In this document: positions 28,209 through 28,652 of the stretch, piece after piece | How positions within the stretch are numbered: position 1 is the stretch's first letter | How the letters are laid out: each line of letters begins with the position of its first letter | Virus record (IMG/VR): IMGVR_UViG_2778261122_000004 | Span: 1 to 28,652 of that record | DNA: 28,652 bases | Origin: a virus | Taxonomy: Duplodnaviria; Heunggongvirae; Uroviricota; Caudoviricetes | Reading direction: 5' to 3' (one strand) | Made by a program: the position numbers and the translations under genes | The notes under the pieces: model-generated | Database searches by the model: none | The model's input: only the letters and a program-made list of their open reading frames with translations | Told to the model about the DNA's origin: nothing

Positions 28209-28652
28209 ATGTCTTATGTTTATAGCGCAAAAAATAATGCTTTTTTCTATAAAACAGAACTCAATTTATATGAAAATGCGGGATGGGATTTATCAGACAT
28301 TATTGACGTCTCTTATGATTTGTTTTTAGAGTTCACTCAGGATCGTAACGAAGAAGGATTTATGCGAGTTGCTGGAGATGATGGGTTGCCTTCATGGGGA
28401 AAACTACCACCTCCAACATATGAGGAGTTGGTTGCTACATCTGATCTACAAAAGCAGCGATTGATTAATCAGGCCAACGAATACATGAACAGTAAACAAT
28501 GGCCTGGTAAAGCGGCGATTGGTCGCCTGAAAGGTGAGGAACTGGCGCAATATAATTTGTGGCTGGATTATCTGGACGCACTGGAACTGGTCGATACTTC
28601 CGGTGCGCCAGATATTGAATGGCCTGCGCCTCCGGCAGTTCAGGCCAGATGA
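28209..28652 (+). CDS. tfa: tail fibre assembly protein (Tfa)
   Basis: 147 aa; C-terminal ..NEYMNSKQWPGKAAIGRLKGEELAQYNLWLDYLDALELVDTSGAPDIEWPAPP.. matches the conserved Tfa C-terminal motif as recalled; complete, stop at 28650-28652. Confidence 0.8.
   Translation: MSYVYSAKNNAFFYKTELNLYENAGWDLSDIIDVSYDLFLEFTQDRNEEGFMRVAGDDGLPSWGKLPPPTYEELVATSDLQKQRLINQANEYMNSKQWPGKAAIGRLKGEELAQYNLWLDYLDALELVDTSGAPDIEWPAPPAVQAR

Noticed and set aside
1-28652. CRISPR array, rRNA, integrase, att sites, insertion sequences
   Set aside because: No direct-repeat/spacer periodicity, no rRNA-like sequence, no recombinase-like ORF and no terminal inverted repeats were seen; the prophage ends must lie outside the window.

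Overview
Assessment from reading the sequence and the supplied ORF track only; no searches, tRNA scans, folding or GC calculations were run. The window is a contiguous, almost entirely plus-strand segment of a lambdoid prophage from an enterobacterial host (E. coli/Shigella/Salmonella-like). In order: (1) a lambda-type nin region (ninB, Dam-like N6-adenine methyltransferase, ninE, two antirepressor-like genes framed by intrinsic terminators, ybcO-like, rusA, ninH, ninI phosphatase); (2) a Q-type late antiterminator, then a late-promoter/terminator region carrying two tandem tRNA-like genes; (3) a phage-21-type lysis cassette (dual-start S21 pinholin, SAR endolysin, Rz with embedded Rz1); (4) an AT-rich moron encoding a T5orf172-like domain protein; (5) terminase small and large subunits, portal, Mu-F-like head protein, scaffold, major capsid; (6) a contractile-tail module (sheath, tube, chaperone with a predicted -1 frameshift, tape measure, baseplate, tail fibre, fibre assembly protein). 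The best candidate for an undescribed system is a strongly AT-rich three-gene cassette at 23402-24468 (secreted protein, 3-TM membrane protein, small acidic protein, own terminator) inserted between the baseplate hub and spike genes. No CRISPR array, rRNA, integrase or att site is visible. Minus-strand ORFs in the track all look like shadow ORFs.
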